Of a stretch of DNA of 64,000 nt, positions 53,240-62,570 are shown piece by piece. Location: assembly GCA_043758065.1 (NCBI GenBank), contig JAYVOE010000025.1, positions 6,158 through 70,157 on the forward strand, in the 5' to 3' direction. Position 1 is the first letter of the stretch. Every line of letters starts with the position of its first letter. The position numbers were made by a program, and so were the translations under genes. The notes beneath the pieces were generated by a model. The model saw nothing but the letters and a program-made list of their open reading frames with translations. It was not told where the DNA came from and did no database searches. Source of the DNA: Spartobacteria bacterium (GTDB taxonomy: Bacteria > Verrucomicrobiota > Verrucomicrobiia > Chthoniobacterales > DASVRZ01).

Positions 53240-54276
53240 CGGTGATACTTTTCGAGCTGCATCACATGGGCGACTCGGTCTTGAGCATCCCATTCGTGCG
53301 AGCAATGACCGGCAAAAACCTTCACGTCGTCTGCCGAGGTGGTTCTGTCCCAATCTTTCACAAGTTCCTTCCCCTGAACAATATCCACATCTGGGAGCCG
53401 TGGTGGGAATTGCCCGCAGCAAAAATCCACTCGAGTTTAAGTGAACTCTTCCGCTTGTTAAAAGTCCTGCGGGGATTGCGTTGCGATCTAGCACTCTGCG
53501 TGTGGGCGGATTCGCGCGTCCATTGGTTGATGCGACAAACGGGGACGAAAACGACATTTGGATTCCCGGTAAATCGACGAAACTTCTACGCTCACGAGCG
53601 CCCGTGGCGCCGTCGTCGGATGCGAATCGGACAAATCCTGGGCTTGCTGAGTCCGTTAAGTCATCCGATTCAGCGCAGGGGTTATCAGCAGTCTCATCTA
53701 GATGATTGGCAGCAATTAACCGAGGCCGCAGGGCTTCTATGGGACACAGAAGTGCCGTGGTTCGATGTGAAACCAGCCTCGGATGCCGCGCAGTTGCGGA
53801 ATCCCAACCGGAAAATATGGCTAATTCATCCCGGTGGCCGGTTGCCTACCAAGCGTTGGCCGATCGAACGGTTCCAAGCGCTTTTGCAAACCCGATTTTT
53901 AGACTCGAGTTGCATCCTAATCTCGCCGCCAGACAGTAATTCGCTCGTCCCAGCCGGGAAAAATCAGATCGCGGTCAGGACTCAGAGTTTTGAGGAATTG
54001 CTCTCCTGGATTGCGGCTGCAGATGCCGTTCTTTGCAACGATTCCCTCGTGTCTCATCTAGCGGCCGCGCTGGGGAAACCCGTCTGGACCATCTTCGGCT
54101 CCGGCAATCCCAACTGGTTCGCTCCATTTCAGAATGTTCAGCGCGTTATTGCCTGTGACGTTTGCTCATTCAGACCCTGCGTTGATCGATGTGTGCATTT
54201 GTCACCCATTTGTCTTGAATCCGTGACAGTGGATCAAGTATCAACCGCGGTTCCCCTCACGGACAATTTCAGTTAA
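53236..54276 (+). CDS. family-9 glycosyltransferase (heptosyltransferase-like)
   Basis: MTVILFELHHMGDSVLSIPF...IHPGGRLPTKRWP...NDSLVSHLAAALGKPV. It has an ATGA overlap with the upstream gene. Confidence 0.75.
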   Translation: MTVILFELHHMGDSVLSIPFVRAMTGKNLHVVCRGGSVPIFHKFLPLNNIHIWEPWWELPAAKIHSSLSELFRLLKVLRGLRCDLALCVWADSRVHWLMRQTGTKTTFGFPVNRRNFYAHERPWRRRRMRIGQILGLLSPLSHPIQRRGYQQSHLDDWQQLTEAAGLLWDTEVPWFDVKPASDAAQLRNPNRKIWLIHPGGRLPTKRWPIERFQALLQTRFLDSSCILISPPDSNSLVPAGKNQIAVRTQSFEELLSWIAAADAVLCNDSLVSHLAAALGKPVWTIFGSGNPNWFAPFQNVQRVIACDVCSFRPCVDRCVHLSPICLESVTVDQVSTAVPLTDNFS

Positions 54277-54292
54277 CTTAGAACGATATCAC

Positions 54293-55195
54293 ATGAGTCA
54301 CCCAAAATCGTCCATCCTCGTCCTCGGCAGTGGAGGTCTATTGGGGCGCCACGTGGTCCGGGAATACGCTAAGCACGGGGAGCGAGTTGTTGGACTTGCC
54401 CACGCCGATCTGGACGTCACCAACGAGGCTGCCGTGATTGCTGCTCTGGACGAATCCCAGCCGGAAGTGGTGATAAATTGCGCCGCTTTATGTCATTTCC
54501 AACGTTGTGAAGACCGGCCAGACCTTTCCTCCGCTGTCAATCGTGAGGCTCCCATCCGCCTGGCTCAGATTGCTGCAGAGAGAACGATCCGCCTGGTGCA
54601 CTTCAGCACCGATTACATTTTTGATGGTAAATCCGAAGTGCCTTACCGAGAGGAAGATGCGCCCCATCCACTGTCTGTTTACGGGTTGCATAAAGCGGCT
54701 GTGGAGAAAGCATTTTTGCCTTACGGAGAACAGCACCTTTTGCTTCGGGTGGCGTGGCTTTTTGGAGAAAGAGGGAAAACGTTTCTGAGCCTTCTGCCAA
54801 ATTTACTGATGCATCAACGGCGGGTTGAGGTCGCCAGTGGCAAGCGTGGATCTTGCCTGCACGTCGGCTACGCGGCGCAAATGGTCCGAAATCTGGTCGC
54901 AAAAAAAACAACCGGCTTGCTCAACCTTGTCCACTCCGGCGAGGCCAGTTGGGAAGGGTTCGCTCACGAATGTCTGCGTCAGTTACGCGAACGAGGTTCT
55001 CATCCGAGTTGCAATGAAATCGTCGAGATTCCATTGGAGAAAATGACGGTTCTAACGGGCTCTCGCCCGTTGTATTCTGTTCTGGATACCAGGCGGCTGA
55101 CTGAGGAAACGGGCGAAAATCCACTGCACTGGCGGGAAGGTTTAAGCCAGTTTCTGGAGATTGCGTATCCAGTAGCGCCGCCGGTTCTTGCGTAA
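54293..55195 (+). CDS. rfbD: dTDP-4-dehydrorhamnose reductase
   Basis: It has the LVLGSGGLLGR Rossmann motif, the catalytic motif YGLHKAAVE (YxxxK), and RmlD-like length. Confidence 0.85.
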   Translation: MSHPKSSILVLGSGGLLGRHVVREYAKHGERVVGLAHADLDVTNEAAVIAALDESQPEVVINCAALCHFQRCEDRPDLSSAVNREAPIRLAQIAAERTIRLVHFSTDYIFDGKSEVPYREEDAPHPLSVYGLHKAAVEKAFLPYGEQHLLLRVAWLFGERGKTFLSLLPNLLMHQRRVEVASGKRGSCLHVGYAAQMVRNLVAKKTTGLLNLVHSGEASWEGFAHECLRQLRERGSHPSCNEIVEIPLEKMTVLTGSRPLYSVLDTRRLTEETGENPLHWREGLSQFLEIAYPVAPPVLA

Positions 55196-55236
55196 TAGAC
55201 GCGACCGGTGAATAATTCGCCGCAGCTTTCCATTGC

Positions 55237-56199
55237 ATGATGTCCCCATCTAAATCACTCAGCTTACAGTGGATTTTTCCCGTTTTAGCGACGCTCGCCA
55301 TCGCAGTGGGATTGTATTTCGTCTTCCCGTATGCCAGTGGCTACGGTGACACGTTAGGGAGCCTTTACGGAATTTTCTACGCGCTATCGACCGACTATGG
55401 GAGTTGGGGACACTGCCTCCTAGTTTTTCCGATTGCGGCTGGATTGATTTACTGGAAACGCCGTGAATTGGCTGTAACTCCGATCCGCGGCACACTCTGG
55501 GGACTCGTCCCCATTCTCTTTTCCATGCTGCTTTATTGGATCGGGTACAAGACGAGCGTCCAATATTTTGGCTTCGTCAGCGTGCAAATCTTTCTGGGAG
55601 GCGTGGTCATTTTTTTCCTCGGCTGGGAGTTTTTCAAAGTCATCCTCTTTCCGTGGGCCTTCCTGGGATTTGCCTGGCCATTCATTTTTCTCGATGCCGA
55701 AATCGCCTTTCCGCTTCGGATTAAAATGTCAGCTCTGTGCTTCCATTTTCTGAATTTGATCGGACTTCCAACGCTATTAAACGGCACGGCACTCGTGTCC
55801 GCGCCCGATTATGTGCGCCATTTTGCCGCAGGCGAGCGGTTCCAAGTGGACATCGCGGATCCGTGCTCCGGCATTCGATCGCTTTTTGCGCTGACCATGA
55901 TTACCGCGCTCTATGGCTATTTGACGCTGCCGAAAACATGGCAAAAAGTCGTCCTTTTTCTGATGGCATTTCCGCTGGCCATCGCAGGAAATTTCGTTCG
56001 GATTCTCCTTCTCACTTTCGGAACACTTAGCTTTGGCGCTCAGTTCTCGATCGGCACCCTGGATCATCCTACGTGGTTTCACACCGGCGCGGGATATTTC
56101 GTTTATGTCATAGCCCTGGGTGGAATGGTCCTGCTGGGAAATCTCCTGATGCGAAATTGGACGGCTAAAAAACCCATGGGTGTTCCAGTCAAATCATGA
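55237..56199 (+). CDS. exosortase (EpsH/Xrt family)
   Basis: It has 8 TM helices with the catalytic motifs DPCSGIRS (Cys) and AGNFVRI (Arg). Confidence 0.85.
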   Translation: MMSPSKSLSLQWIFPVLATLAIAVGLYFVFPYASGYGDTLGSLYGIFYALSTDYGSWGHCLLVFPIAAGLIYWKRRELAVTPIRGTLWGLVPILFSMLLYWIGYKTSVQYFGFVSVQIFLGGVVIFFLGWEFFKVILFPWAFLGFAWPFIFLDAEIAFPLRIKMSALCFHFLNLIGLPTLLNGTALVSAPDYVRHFAAGERFQVDIADPCSGIRSLFALTMITALYGYLTLPKTWQKVVLFLMAFPLAIAGNFVRILLLTFGTLSFGAQFSIGTLDHPTWFHTGAGYFVYVIALGGMVLLGNLLMRNWTAKKPMGVPVKS

Positions 56200-56921
56200 C
56201 CTCCGCCGGATCGACGTTTGCCAATGGCGCCCAGATCAGCCCGTGGCGCTCGATTGCGCTGCTGATCATCGGGTTTGGAACGCTCGCGATGTGTCATTTC
56301 ACCAGCAACGTGAGTGGCGTCACCGAAGCGGGCGTTACGCTGGATCTGCCCATTTTTCTCGGGCAATACATGGGCCAGGATCAGGAAACGTCGCTCTCAG
56401 AAAAGGTCATTCTTCCTGGCGATACGAAGTTTGCGAAGAAAGTCTATTCTTCGTTGCAAGGCGATTACATTTCCTGCCAGATCGTCCTTAGCGGTGGGGA
56501 AAAGCGCAGTATTCATCGTCCGGAAACCTGCCTGCCCGCTCAAGGCTGGACCATTGGCGACGCACGCAAAGTCGCGATAAAACTGGATAACGGGCAAACG
56601 CAAAACGTTATGCAACTCACTCTCCGCCGAATTGTTGAGGTGGGGCAGAACGATCGTCGCACACTGACAAACGTCTTTTATTACTGGTTCGTCGGCAAAG
56701 ACAAGACGACTCCAGAACATCGCGAGCGCGTTTTATTGACCAGTTGGGATCGTGTTTTCCACAACGTGAATCACCGTTGGGCCTATGTCATCGTTAGCGG
56801 AATCGTGCCGGATCAGGGTCGGTCGGGAACGAATCTTCAGCCGGAAACCGAGAAAAAGCTGACCAAATTTATCGCGGCAATTGCGCCGAAGATTCAGCAT
56901 CCCGACGTTGTTTCGCGCTAA
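56196..56921 (+). CDS. exosortase-associated EpsI-family protein
   Basis: It overlaps the exosortase stop. It has an N-terminal TM helix followed by a periplasmic domain (HRPETCLPAQGW). Confidence 0.75.
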   Translation: MTSAGSTFANGAQISPWRSIALLIIGFGTLAMCHFTSNVSGVTEAGVTLDLPIFLGQYMGQDQETSLSEKVILPGDTKFAKKVYSSLQGDYISCQIVLSGGEKRSIHRPETCLPAQGWTIGDARKVAIKLDNGQTQNVMQLTLRRIVEVGQNDRRTLTNVFYYWFVGKDKTTPEHRERVLLTSWDRVFHNVNHRWAYVIVSGIVPDQGRSGTNLQPETEKKLTKFIAAIAPKIQHPDVVSR

Positions 56922-56946
56922 AATTGAGCGGAGTTACACTGAAATC
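56920..56946 (-). repeat. interspersed motif copy (GATTTCAGTGTAACTCCGCTCAATTTT on the minus strand)
   Basis: Read directly. First of two tandem copies between epsI and brnA. Confidence 0.8.
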
Positions 56947-56959
56947 TAGATCCGCTCCG

Positions 56960-56980
56960 GAAAACTGAGCGGAGTTAGAC
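56960..56980 (-). repeat. interspersed motif copy (GTCTAACTCCGCTCAGTTTTC on the minus strand; its TAA is the brnA stop)
   Basis: Read directly. Confidence 0.8.
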
Positions 56981-57238
56981 TTCTTTCTCGAGCCGCTCGC
57001 TGAGCCATTGCTTGATCATGCTCTGGTAATTTAAATATCGAGAACGAGCCAACCGCTTAATGCGCGCCAGCATTCGCGGATCAAATCGGAGAGTAATCGT
57101 CGTCGAATCCCGCATCTCCGTCTTCTGGAGCGATGCCTGGAGAAGATGTTGCTCCAGGCGGGCGCCCGCCCAAAAAGCGGCTTCCTCCTCCTCGGAGCTA
57201 AATGACGGAACTTCAGACCACGCGGTAATACTTTTCAT
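56975..57238 (-). CDS. brnA: BrnA-type antitoxin
   Basis: MKSITAWSEVPSFSSEEEEAAFW... from ATG 57238. It has a C-terminal RHH-like region, and its start overlaps the brnT stop (ATGA). Confidence 0.75.
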   Translation of the reverse strand: MKSITAWSEVPSFSSEEEEAAFWAGARLEQHLLQASLQKTEMRDSTTITLRFDPRMLARIKRLARSRYLNYQSMIKQWLSERLEKEV

Positions 57239-57516
57239 AGGGCAAATTCGGCGTTTTTGCGGTCGTAATAGCTCACTTCCTCTCCGACCATTTCCCGCGA
57301 ACAGATTACGCGATAACGTTTCCCATCGGTCCAGAAGACACTGAAAATGGGGCGTCCGTCGACAGATTTGCCGAGGCAAAAATAGCGTGCATCGTTCGAC
57401 GGGCCGACGGAATCCGGCAGAAACCGCAGGCTAAAAGGATCTTCAAAAGACTCCTCGATCTCTCGCGGGGTGATTTTTTTGAGATTAAAAGGAGCGTCGA
57501 GCCAGTCGAAATCCAT
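57235..57516 (-). CDS. brnT: BrnT-type toxin (DUF497)
   Basis: MDFDWLDAPFNLKKITPREIEESFEDPF...RVICSREM is the characteristic DUF497/BrnT pattern. Confidence 0.8.
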   Translation of the reverse strand: MDFDWLDAPFNLKKITPREIEESFEDPFSLRFLPDSVGPSNDARYFCLGKSVDGRPIFSVFWTDGKRYRVICSREMVGEEVSYYDRKNAEFAL

Positions 57517-57534
57517 GGGAGTTAAAGCGATATG

Positions 57535-57915
57535 TTAGGGTGCCGGTTGGATGAGCTCGATCTCGTAACCTTCCGGCGCGTCGATGAAAGCGATTTTACT
57601 GCCACTCGGCGAGGAATGTGGTCCGTCGCTCAGCGGATATCCCTTGGCGGCGGCTTCCTTCGCAAATGCTTCCAAATCAGCGACTTCGAAGGCAAGATGA
57701 GTCAGGTCGGGGCCGACCAGCACCGGGCCACTTTCGTCGAATTTGCAAATTTCAATCTCTTCGCTGCTGCCCGGAGCTTTGAAGAAAACTAATTGCGAAC
57801 CCCGACCGGAGGTATGACGCCGGGTTTCCTCCAAGCCGAGCACTTCCTTGTAAAAATGGACGGTTTTTTCCAAATCCTGAACGCGATAGCGGGTGTGAAG
57901 CAGGCGAGTCAGCAT
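57535..57915 (-). CDS. VOC-family (glyoxalase I-like) protein
   Basis: MLTRLLHTRYRVQDLEKTVHFYKEVLGL... is 126 aa from ATG 57915. The remainder of the 481-aa track ORF is antisense to xylB. Confidence 0.8.
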   Translation of the reverse strand: MLTRLLHTRYRVQDLEKTVHFYKEVLGLEETRRHTSGRGSQLVFFKAPGSSEEIEICKFDESGPVLVGPDLTHLAFEVADLEAFAKEAAAKGYPLSDGPHSSPSGSKIAFIDAPEGYEIELIQPAP

Positions 57916-58026
57916 GAAACGAGGGAAAATAGATTTGCGAAATTTCTCTATGGAAAAAGCGACGCAATCTTCAATACTCCCATTCCAAATTACGTAAAGA
58001 CAAAACACCCCGGCAACTTTCATCTT

Positions 58027-59526
58027 ATGCTTTATCTCGGAATCGACAGCGGCACTCAAAGCACGAAATGCATCGTGCTCGACTCGGAAAACTGGCAGAT
58101 TCTGGCGAGTTCTCAGTCGAGTTACAGTCTTATCGACGGGTTGCCGCCGGGCCATTTGGAACAGCATCCGCAGGATTGGGTCGACGCCACGGAAGCGACA
58201 ATTTCCGATTGTCTGGCGCAAATCGGCAGTCGGCGGGAAGCCATTCGCGGGATCGGAGTGAGCGGGCAGCAACATGGCTTGGTCGTGCTGGACAAGGATG
58301 GAAAAGTGATCCGGCCGGCAAAGCTTTGGTGCGACACTTCGACGGCGCAGCAATGCGAAGCGTTTGCGGAGGAATTCGGCAGTCAGCGGAGCATCATCAA
58401 AATGGCTGGAAATGCGATTTCGCCGGGTTTTACCGCGCCGAAACTCCTTTGGCTGAAGGAAAATGAGCCGGCCCATTTCGCTCGAACTCAAATCGTTTTG
58501 CTCCCGCACGATTACTTGAATTTCTGGCTGACGGGCGAGAAAACGATGGAGTTTGGCGATGCTTCCGGCACGGGTTTGATGGATGTGACCAGTCGCAAGT
58601 GGTGCGAGAAACTGATCGATTTCATTGATCCGAGTTTGATCGACAAGCTGCCCACGCCGCAGTCGTCGAAAATCCCGGCAGGTTTGCTGCGCGAGGAGCT
58701 GCGGCAGCGTTGGGGATTGTCGGCCAACGTGATCGTTTCCTCCGGCGGCGGCGATAATATGATGGGCGCGATCGGAACGGGAAACATCCAAACTGGAGTG
58801 GTGACGGCGAGTTTTGGCACGTCGGGAACGCTTTACGCCTGTGCCGATCAGCCGGTGATTGATCCCGAGGGTGAAGTGGCGGCGTTTTGCGACAGCACGG
58901 ATCAGTGGCTGCCGCTGGTTTGCACGATGAATGTGACGGTGGCGACGGAGCAGGTCCGAAAGCTCTTTAACTGGGACCACGCCGCGCTGAATACGGCGAT
59001 TGCCGGAGCTGAACCTGGTGCGGGCGGAGTGCTTTTCCTACCGTATTTGAACGGCGAACGCACCCCGAATCTACCCAACGGAACGGCCGTTTACCATGGG
59101 CTGACGCCGAAAAACATGACGCCGCCGAACCTGGCGCGGGCGGTGATGGAAGGCGCGACGCTCGGCCTGGCGTATGGGTTGCGGCGATTGACTGAATTGG
59201 GAATTCATCCGAGTGAGATACGACTCACGGGCGGCGGCAGCAGAAGCGCGGTGTGGCGTCAAATTGCGGCGGACGTTTTCGGAGTGCCGGTGGTTTGCCT
59301 GGCGACGGCGGAGGGCGCGGCCCTTGGAGCGGCGTTGCAAGCCATCTGGGTGGAAGGCATGGCGAATGGATGCGGCGTTTCGCTTTCCAGCCTGTGCGAT
59401 CAAGCAGTGGCGTTAGATGATTCGACGCGTTGTCATCCGAAAACAGCGAATCAGGAACTTTACGCCGGTCTTTTGGCAGAGCAGACCGCGATCACACGGC
59501 AACTTCGGCAGTCTGGACATTTGTAA
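58027..59526 (+). CDS. xylB: xylulokinase (FGGY family)
   Basis: MLYLGIDSGTQSTKCIVLD... from ATG 58027. It has GVSGQQHGLV and FGTSGT motifs. Confidence 0.85.
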   Translation: MLYLGIDSGTQSTKCIVLDSENWQILASSQSSYSLIDGLPPGHLEQHPQDWVDATEATISDCLAQIGSRREAIRGIGVSGQQHGLVVLDKDGKVIRPAKLWCDTSTAQQCEAFAEEFGSQRSIIKMAGNAISPGFTAPKLLWLKENEPAHFARTQIVLLPHDYLNFWLTGEKTMEFGDASGTGLMDVTSRKWCEKLIDFIDPSLIDKLPTPQSSKIPAGLLREELRQRWGLSANVIVSSGGGDNMMGAIGTGNIQTGVVTASFGTSGTLYACADQPVIDPEGEVAAFCDSTDQWLPLVCTMNVTVATEQVRKLFNWDHAALNTAIAGAEPGAGGVLFLPYLNGERTPNLPNGTAVYHGLTPKNMTPPNLARAVMEGATLGLAYGLRRLTELGIHPSEIRLTGGGSRSAVWRQIAADVFGVPVVCLATAEGAALGAALQAIWVEGMANGCGVSLSSLCDQAVALDDSTRCHPKTANQELYAGLLAEQTAITRQLRQSGHL

Positions 59527-59555
59527 CCGAGTCGACTGGAACTCGAATCTGTTTT

Positions 59556-61208
59556 TTACTGGATGATGCCGGGCTCGGTGTGGAGGCTGAAGTTGTTTTT
59601 CTCCACAAGTTCCTTTGCCTCGGCGTTTTCTGGGTCGAGTTTCAGCGCATTCTGCAAATCTGCGGCGGCGTCTTTGTTTTCCTTTGCGGCGATATGCGCC
59701 TTGGCCCGACCGATCAGGGAACCCATCCGCGTCGGCTCGGCAATGAGGGCTTTGCTGTATTCCAGGATGGCGTCGGCCGCTCGGTTGAGCGCGAGTAAAG
59801 CGTCCCCGCGCGCTTCGAGAAGATCCGGCCAGTCGGGTTGCAAGACGATGGCGAGTTCGTAGCTCTCCAGGGCGCCGGCAACGTCGCCGGCTTTCATTTT
59901 TACGCGGCCTTCCTTGTAGAAATCGCTGGCACCGGTGTTGATGACGAGTGGTGTCGGCTTGGGCGTGCTGGCGGGGGCGTTGAGCGTTTGCCGATACAGG
60001 TCGAGGTTCGCCCGGGACGGTGCGAAATCGCCTCCGATGCGGTCGTTGAGTTGTAAAATGTGGATGCTTTCCTCAGCTTCGAGGGCTTTTTCGCGTTTCT
60101 CGTCCAGGACACGCTGAGTTCGCAATTGCTTATCGACGGTGTGATTTCGGTAGATGATCCAGCCGATGACGGCTGGCATGGCTACGGCGCAGATCAAGGT
60201 CAGGATTTTCAGGATTAGCTTTTGCGTCGGCTTTTCCTGGCCCGGCATTTTTCTCGGACGGAGGCGTTTGCGCTCGACGGCGACTTGATGCTCGGTTTTT
60301 TCCCATTCCTGGAGGAGCGGGTTAAATTCGACAAAAATATCCAGCTCTTGCAGCATCAGCGACAACACTTCGGGACGCTCGGTCGGCTCTGTCGAGAGGG
60401 CGATGAGGACTTGTTCGCGCCATTTTTGGGGAACTTCCGACAGCAGAGCGTCGGCAGCGGTTTTATCCACATTTCCTTCGGAGTCGAGTGGCGGATTTTT
60501 GCCGGTGAATAGCTGGAATGCGACGGCGGCAAAGGCGTAAATGTCGTCCGCATGAGAAGGCGATCCGCCGCGCAATCTCTCCGGGCTCTGGCAAGCGATT
60601 TTCCATGGGAGTTCGAGTGAAATGGGCGCGTCATCCGTCTTCGGCGGCGTTGGCGGGTGAAAGCCGAAGTCGGTGATTTTCGCAGTCGCGCGCCGGACGG
60701 GAACGAGGATGTTGTAGGCGTTCAGATTGCCGTGAACGATGAGGCATTTGTCGTGCGCGGCGGCTACGGCGGAGCCAACGGTCCGGAGAATGTCCTCGAT
60801 TTGCTGAAACGGCAGCTTGCGGCCGACTTGCAGGGTGAGTGCCGCCAGAGTCGGGCCATTTTCGTAGTTGCTCGAAAGCGCCAGCCAGGAGCCTTCGTGG
60901 AAATACTCGATCGTGATCACAATATCCGGATGATTTAGAATGCGAAGACGGCGCAAAAAATCCCGCCAAATAGCACGTTCTTCCTCGGTGCCTTCCTCGC
61001 CTTGAGAGCGGAAAAGCTTCAGCACGACATCGCGCCGGAAGCGCGGATCCTCGACGAGCCAGGAGGTGCTGCAACGGCCCCGGCCCAGTTCTGATTGGAG
61101 TATGAATCGATTGAAAATTCGCGCGCCGGGTTCGAGGCGAGGTTCTTTTTTCACCAAGCGCGCGCTGCCCGGTTTGGGCGGCTCAGAGATTTTCGGGACG
61201 AACTCCAT
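59556..61208 (-). CDS. Ser/Thr protein kinase with a TM helix and C-terminal TPR repeats
   Basis: It has the kinase subdomains VLKLF, HGNLNAYNILV and ITDFG, then a TM helix (ILTLICAVAMPAVIGWIIY), then TPR repeats. Confidence 0.8.
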   Translation of the reverse strand: MEFVPKISEPPKPGSARLVKKEPRLEPGARIFNRFILQSELGRGRCSTSWLVEDPRFRRDVVLKLFRSQGEEGTEEERAIWRDFLRRLRILNHPDIVITIEYFHEGSWLALSSNYENGPTLAALTLQVGRKLPFQQIEDILRTVGSAVAAAHDKCLIVHGNLNAYNILVPVRRATAKITDFGFHPPTPPKTDDAPISLELPWKIACQSPERLRGGSPSHADDIYAFAAVAFQLFTGKNPPLDSEGNVDKTAADALLSEVPQKWREQVLIALSTEPTERPEVLSLMLQELDIFVEFNPLLQEWEKTEHQVAVERKRLRPRKMPGQEKPTQKLILKILTLICAVAMPAVIGWIIYRNHTVDKQLRTQRVLDEKREKALEAEESIHILQLNDRIGGDFAPSRANLDLYRQTLNAPASTPKPTPLVINTGASDFYKEGRVKMKAGDVAGALESYELAIVLQPDWPDLLEARGDALLALNRAADAILEYSKALIAEPTRMGSLIGRAKAHIAAKENKDAAADLQNALKLDPENAEAKELVEKNNFSLHTEPGIIQ

Positions 61209-61308
61209 AATTTTCCAGCCACTCCCTAAAGACTGGGGCTGGAGATGTCAACTGCCGCACCTTGCAATTTTCTTCCCCGCCATTACCCTGCAACTATTAG
61301 CAAAACTG

Positions 61309-62400
61309 ATGTCAGCCATATTTTCTGAGACGTCTGTGATCGACAAAGTGATCGCTGGTGAACGCATCTCCGGTGCGGAAGCCATGGAGCTTTATCGATT
61401 GCCGCTGCCGGAACTCGGCTGGCTGGCCGATCAGCGCCGCCAGCAGAAAAAAGCGGATTCCTACGGCGGGCGAGGTAATGAGATCGTCACTTACATCATC
61501 GATCGCAACATCAATTACACCAACGTCTGCAATGTTTACTGTAAGTTTTGCGCATTTTACCGAACGGAAAAGGATGCCGACCATTACGTTCTAACTCACG
61601 CGGAAATTGATCAGAAAATCGAGGAACTGAGCGCGATTGGCGGCGTGCAGATTCTGATGCAAGGCGGGCATCATCCGAAGCTCGGGATCGATCATTACCT
61701 CGATCTGCTGCATCACATCCGGGAGAAATTTCCGCAGATTAACATTCACGCGTTCAGCCCGCCGGAGTTCAACCATTTTTCATCCGTGTTCGATATGACT
61801 CTGAGTGAGGTGATTACGAAGTTTAAGGAAGCTGGGCTGGGGTCGATCCCGGGCGGTGGCGGCGAGATTCTCGTGGACCGAGTGCGGAATCGGATTGCCC
61901 CATTGAAATGCAACTCCGATCAGTGGCTCGAAGTGATGGCGATTGCCCATGAACTCGGCTTGAACACGAGTGCGACGATGATGTTTGGCCACGTGGAAAC
62001 GGTGGAGGATCGGATCGAGCATTTGCAGAGGTTGCGCGATCAACAGGACGCGACCGGTGGGTTTACGGCGTTCATTTGCTGGACGTTTCAGCCGGAAAAC
62101 ACGGTGTTGAAAGCTGAGCCGGTCGGAAGCGCGGAATATCTGCGGATGCAGGCGCTGTCGCGGATTTACCTCGATAATTTCGATAACGTGCAGAGCTCGT
62201 GGGTCACGCAAGGTCCGAAGATCGGGCAGATCGCTTTGAAATACGGCGCGAACGATTTCGGCTCCGTGATGATGGAGGAAAACGTCGTCAGCAGCGCAGG
62301 GACGTCGTTTCGCCTGGCGGTGGATGACATCCGGCGATTGGTCACGGAAGCGGGCTACGAAGCGCGTCCACGGGACAACTGGTATCGACTGCTGGACTAA
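61309..62400 (+). CDS. radical-SAM futalosine-pathway enzyme (MqnC/MqnE family, MqnC-like)
   Basis: MSAIFSETSVIDKV... from ATG 61309. It has the CNVYCKFCAF cluster motif, and GANDFGSVMMEENVV near the C-terminus. Confidence 0.8.
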   Translation: MSAIFSETSVIDKVIAGERISGAEAMELYRLPLPELGWLADQRRQQKKADSYGGRGNEIVTYIIDRNINYTNVCNVYCKFCAFYRTEKDADHYVLTHAEIDQKIEELSAIGGVQILMQGGHHPKLGIDHYLDLLHHIREKFPQINIHAFSPPEFNHFSSVFDMTLSEVITKFKEAGLGSIPGGGGEILVDRVRNRIAPLKCNSDQWLEVMAIAHELGLNTSATMMFGHVETVEDRIEHLQRLRDQQDATGGFTAFICWTFQPENTVLKAEPVGSAEYLRMQALSRIYLDNFDNVQSSWVTQGPKIGQIALKYGANDFGSVMMEENVVSSAGTSFRLAVDDIRRLVTEAGYEARPRDNWYRLLD

Positions 62401-62461
62401 AGAAATCTCGGCGGCAAAGTTTTCATCCGGGTTGCATGGAATTCAGAAATGACAGTGCGCT

Positions 62462-62481
62462 GAAACTCCGCTCAAATTTTT
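62462..62481 (+). repeat. interspersed motif copy GAAACTCCGCTCAAATTTTT (intergenic, between the mqnC-like gene and bamA)
   Basis: Read directly. Confidence 0.8.
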
Positions 62482-62570
62482 CTTTTGGGGAAACGCTTGA
62501 CCTTTCTCTTACTTTTCCTCCATCTATAGCCGGTTTTCTGGCCCCGCCCAGATTAGGCACTTTATTATTT

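Noticed and set aside
57916-58980. N-terminal 355 aa of the 481-aa minus-strand ORF 57535-58980
   Set aside because: This part is antisense to the well-supported xylB gene and is Arg/His-rich. Only the last 126 aa (from ATG 57915) form a recognisable VOC/glyoxalase fold.
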